Made by a program: the position numbers and the translations under genes. A model generated the notes under the pieces. The model was not told the origin of the DNA, did not search any database, and saw nothing but the letters and a program-made list of their open reading frames with translations. Below are positions 60,653-64,000 of a stretch of 64,000 nucleotides of DNA, piece by piece. Position 1 is the stretch's first letter. Every line of letters begins with the position of its first letter. The stretch comes from Oceanispirochaeta sp. (GTDB lineage: Bacteria > Spirochaetota > Spirochaetia > DSM-2461): NCBI GenBank assembly GCA_963663385.2, contig CAXXXD010000004.1:1120001-1184000 (forward strand), read 5' to 3'.

Positions 60653-62443
60653 GAGACTGTAGAAAAAGTCACCTTTTCTACAGCTCTCAGCCAAAACATG
60701 GTAAAATTCTATAAAAGGGAGGTTTTCAATAATGGCCAGATATAAAGAGTATTCTTATACCCAGACAATGATGATCCCCGTAAGCTTTGAAAAACAGATT
60801 TTACCAGGAACATTCGAATATACATTATGCCATCTGATAGACAATCAAATAGATATGTCCGCATTTGAAAACCATTACGAAAATGATGAAACAGGAGCAC
60901 CGGCTTATGACCCAGCAATCCTTTTAAAAATAGTCCTTTACGCCTATTCAAAAGGCATAAACAGCAGCAGAAAAATTGAACAGTTATGCCGGGAGAATAT
61001 CGTCTGTATGGCACTGGCTGCCGATTCCAGACCCCACTTTACAACCATTGCCGATTTTATCTCTTCCCGTCATAAAGAGTGCCAAACCCTATTTACCATG
61101 ATACTCTCTGTTTGCTACACACAGGGACTGATCGGCAAAAACATGTTTGCCATTGACGGCTGCAAGATCTCCTCAAACTGTTCAAAGGAATGGAGCGGAA
61201 CCAAAGCGGAACTATTTGCCAAAACAAAGAAAATAGAGAAATCCGTAAACTATCTGATTGAAAAACACAAGAATACGGATGCCAGTTGGGAAGATAAAGA
61301 GCAGCGTAAAAAAGAAAAGAAAGCCATCAAAAAGCTAAAGGCTAAAACAGATAAAATCTACAAATGGCTGGATACCCATTATGACCGGTTCGGTAGTCAG
61401 GATCAGCCCATCAAAAGCAATATTGTGGATAACGAAAGCGCCAAAATGTCTACCGGACACGGTGTTATACAGGGTTACAACGGCATTGCCGCCGTAGATG
61501 ACAAACATCAGCTGATCATATTTGCCGACACCTACGGCGATGCAAACGAATCAGGACACCTTACAGAGATTCTGGAAGGAATTGATAAGAGCTGTAAAAA
61601 CTCCCATATAGATGATGAGATCTACAAGCATGTGACGGTCACAGCGGATACAGGATTCCATAATAAAAAGAACATGCAAATGATCAGCGAGAAGAAGATA
61701 GATGCCTATATCCCGGACAATCAGTTCAGGAAAAGGCATGTTGCCTTCCAGGATGCCGGAAAATACAAAAAGAAAGTCGCCAACTGGAAACCGGAAAAAG
61801 GAAAGCACTATTTTCGTCCGGAAGACTTTTATATGGATACGGCAAACAACCAACTGATCTGTCCTGCCGGACATGCCATGTGGCTGAAATCCCCCAACTT
61901 CAGAAGCAATGACGGTCGGTATACCGGAAAATCTTATCAAGGGCATATACGCAATTGTCGCGACTGTAAACTTCGTTCAAAATGTATAAGAAAGGAAACG
62001 ACAAAAGCCCGTCAGGTTGCCATACTAAAGGAAGTGCCGGAAAGAAAAGGGAGCAATCCCATGGCCGATATGAAGGAGAAAATTGATACGCCCTATGGAC
62101 GATCAGTTTATGCAAAACGGATGAGTACGGTAGAACCTGTATTCGGACATATTGCCGGAATGAAAAAGCTGAATCGCTTTACTTTACGGGGTACGGAAAA
62201 GGTCCGGACACAGTGGTTGTTGTACTGTATGGTGCATAATATCGGGAAAATCCAGCAGTATAGTGCGTAGGAATACGGAAAAGTGCTAAAGAATGGGTAT
62301 AGCGTTGGATAAAACCAATTGTAGTTGAATATAGCCGGTTTTAATCGGATTGAATATTGAAATTAATGAGATGATTGATTTTTCGGAATGAGTGCTTTCA
62401 AGGGAGCCTTGAAAAAACCCAGTTTGAGTTTTTCTACAGTCTC
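60653..62443 (+). mobile_element. IS1182-family insertion sequence (1791 bp)
   Basis: 19-bp IRs GAGACTGTAGAAAAAGTCA / TGAGTTTTTCTACAGTCTC (1 mismatch), GTT on both flanks. Confidence 0.9.
60732..62270 (+). CDS. IS1182 family DDE transposase
   Basis: GAPAYDP..YAY..SSRKIE, AIDG, QGYN, ADTGF, CPAG, Y.KR..VEPVFG. Confidence 0.9.
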   Translation: MARYKEYSYTQTMMIPVSFEKQILPGTFEYTLCHLIDNQIDMSAFENHYENDETGAPAYDPAILLKIVLYAYSKGINSSRKIEQLCRENIVCMALAADSRPHFTTIADFISSRHKECQTLFTMILSVCYTQGLIGKNMFAIDGCKISSNCSKEWSGTKAELFAKTKKIEKSVNYLIEKHKNTDASWEDKEQRKKEKKAIKKLKAKTDKIYKWLDTHYDRFGSQDQPIKSNIVDNESAKMSTGHGVIQGYNGIAAVDDKHQLIIFADTYGDANESGHLTEILEGIDKSCKNSHIDDEIYKHVTVTADTGFHNKKNMQMISEKKIDAYIPDNQFRKRHVAFQDAGKYKKKVANWKPEKGKHYFRPEDFYMDTANNQLICPAGHAMWLKSPNFRSNDGRYTGKSYQGHIRNCRDCKLRSKCIRKETTKARQVAILKEVPERKGSNPMADMKEKIDTPYGRSVYAKRMSTVEPVFGHIAGMKKLNRFTLRGTEKVRTQWLLYCMVHNIGKIQQYSA

Positions 62444-62452
62444 GTTATATTG

Positions 62453-62815
62453 TGGTGTGCCCCACTAAAAGTGGACAACTCTAACTATGCACTTAAAGCC
62501 ATTGCTTCCTCGAATTCCGCTGGACTCTGATAACCGATAGAAGAATGCTTTCGTTTACGGTTATAGAATACCTCGATATATTCGAAAATGCCAGCACGAG
62601 CTTGTTCACTGTTCTGATAATTGCTTGGGTAGATCAGTTCAACTTTAGATCTTGAAAAGAATGACTCCATAGGAGCATTATCCCAACAGTTTCCTTTTCG
62701 GCTCATACTCAAAGAACACCCCCATGATTGAGCAAAATCTATATATTTTTGTGATCGATATTGTACTCCTCTGTCAGAGTGTAGAATTGGACCTTCACCT
62801 TTTTTAATCTTTCTC
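62453..62815 (-). mobile_element. IS3-family right end with 3' part of the transposase (stop at 62485), interrupted by IS66
   Basis: HSDRGVQY, SMSRKGNCWDNAPMESFF, YIEVFYNRKRKHSSIGYQSP; IR GTCCACTTTTAGTGGGGCACACCA. Confidence 0.85.
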
Positions 62816-64000
62816 GTAAGCGGTAATTCTTCCCACATTGACAGCATTTTAGGACTGATGGATCAGATTGCAATATCTTCAGCAGTTAAGTTATAGGGAA
62901 GTAATTTTTCATAATCACTCTGTTTTTCACAGCAGGGCAATTCCCGGAAGATAAAGTACAAGTAAGCATAAACTGGAAGATTGTTCATCTTCGCAGATTC
63001 AACGAGACTGTACAGAATTGCCGATGATTCAGCACCTTTCGGGCTTCCGGCAAAAAGCCAGTTTTTTCTCCCGATTACGAAGGGTCTGATTGCATTTTCA
63101 GCGCTATTGTTCGAAGGAGTCAAAACAGGATTTTTCAGATATAGAACCAACTGCTCCCAGTTGCTCAATGTATACTTCATCGCCTTACCGAACTCTAAAG
63201 AAGGAGGTACTTGAGGATAAAGCTTCGTCAGTTTTTTCTGTAACTTATCTAGTATCGGTTCTGCTCTATTTTGTCGCTGTTTATGAAACCCTTTTAGCGA
63301 ATAATTATCCCGTAATGATTCCAGTTCAAACAGATCCTTTATCAGGTCGAGAATTTGCTTTGCTTCTGCATCTTTTTTCTTGGTTGATTCCCAATATTGG
63401 AAGAACTTTCTTCTGGCATGGGCCCAGCATAAGACATGCTTTATATCTCCATCAACTTTTTTTCGGGCAGTATGGTAGGCCTCAAAATCATCAGTTTGAA
63501 CCCAGCCAGAGTAATTTTCCAAGAAATCCAACGGAATTGCATGGGATCGGCCTTGCTCATACTGAAATATGACACATTTTTTATCGGGATCTCCTCTGAG
63601 AAAGACCCACATCCATGATTTATCTGAAGCTTTTCGTTTCGGTTCCTTTAGAACCTGAACTCTCGTCTCATCGGCATTAATAATGGAACCGGATTTAATG
63701 TTTTCTTTCAGCAAATCATATAGAGGCTTACATGCCGTTGCCGATTTTATCGTAAGATTGCTCAATGTCGCCCGGGGGATCGGTATGCCTATCTGGTTTA
63801 ACCGTTTTGATTGCCTGTAGAAAGGAAGAGCGAACTCAAACTTTTCGCTTATACTCCAAGCGAGCAGGCTTTCATCGGCAATACTGCCCGCGACCAGATG
63901 CTTTGCTCCTTCTGCGGTCTGTACAGCAGCTTCATCAAGAGTCGTCCCTTCACAATTCTTGCAGGAGTACTTTTTTCTACGTTCCTGAATAACAACGACT
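62816..64000 (-). mobile_element. IS66-family element (right end; continues beyond window)
   Basis: Terminal GTAAGCG at 62816, where IS3 coding similarity stops. Confidence 0.8.
62863..64000 (-). CDS. tnpC: IS66 transposase TnpC, 5' end outside window
   Basis: Frame open to the window edge: KYSCKNC..LPFYRQ..ADET..CWAHARRKF..NNSAENAIRPFVIGRKNWLF. Confidence 0.92.
   Translation of the reverse strand, partial: VVVIQERRKKYSCKNCEGTTLDEAAVQTAEGAKHLVAGSIADESLLAWSISEKFEFALPFYRQSKRLNQIGIPIPRATLSNLTIKSATACKPLYDLLKENIKSGSIINADETRVQVLKEPKRKASDKSWMWVFLRGDPDKKCVIFQYEQGRSHAIPLDFLENYSGWVQTDDFEAYHTARKKVDGDIKHVLCWAHARRKFFQYWESTKKKDAEAKQILDLIKDLFELESLRDNYSLKGFHKQRQNRAEPILDKLQKKLTKLYPQVPPSLEFGKAMKYTLSNWEQLVLYLKNPVLTPSNNSAENAIRPFVIGRKNWLFAGSPKGAESSAILYSLVESAKMNNLPVYAYLYFIFRELPCCEKQSDYEKLLPYNLTAEDIAI

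Larger units (their letters stand above)
58562..62450 (+). other. attC site (about 106 bp when rebuilt) split by a group II intron and an IS
   Basis: R'' ATATAA(58562-58567)|C(60557); L'' AATGCAAC 60563-60570; L' GCTGATT 60638-60644; R' GTT 60650-60652, with the full GTTATAT at 62444-62450. Confidence 0.85.

Overview
Bacterial chromosomal window, probably from a free-living spirochaete (an inference from gene style and content, not demonstrated). Most of it is housekeeping and accessory metabolism: umuD (cut by the window edge), Uma2, ppk2, an EctR-like MarR regulator with proXVW, MATE, SWIM-SNF2, an MCP, three AIM24 paralogues, a RelBE-type toxin-antitoxin pair, a LacI-controlled polyol/rare-ketose catabolic cluster, two convergent ribose-type ABC systems, and an FMN-riboswitch ribD-ribE-ribBA-ribH operon. 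Three things stand out. (1) A signal-peptide ORF ends in R-G-P-P, and its stop codon overlaps a 9-bp anti-Shine-Dalgarno stem covering the RBS of a CBS / EIIA-CBS / ArsB-NhaD operon. This is a candidate SecM/ApdA-like arrest-peptide switch in an unusual context. (2) An AT-rich integron gene cassette with no adjacent intI has an attC that can be rebuilt exactly after removing a group IIC intron from R'' and an IS1182-family element from the R' GTT. It is followed by an IS3 element interrupted by IS66. (3) A solitary 59-bp attC lies between the TA pair and an orphan Rhs toxin-tip/immunity pair. No rRNA, tRNA or CRISPR array was recognised. All product calls come from motif recognition by eye.
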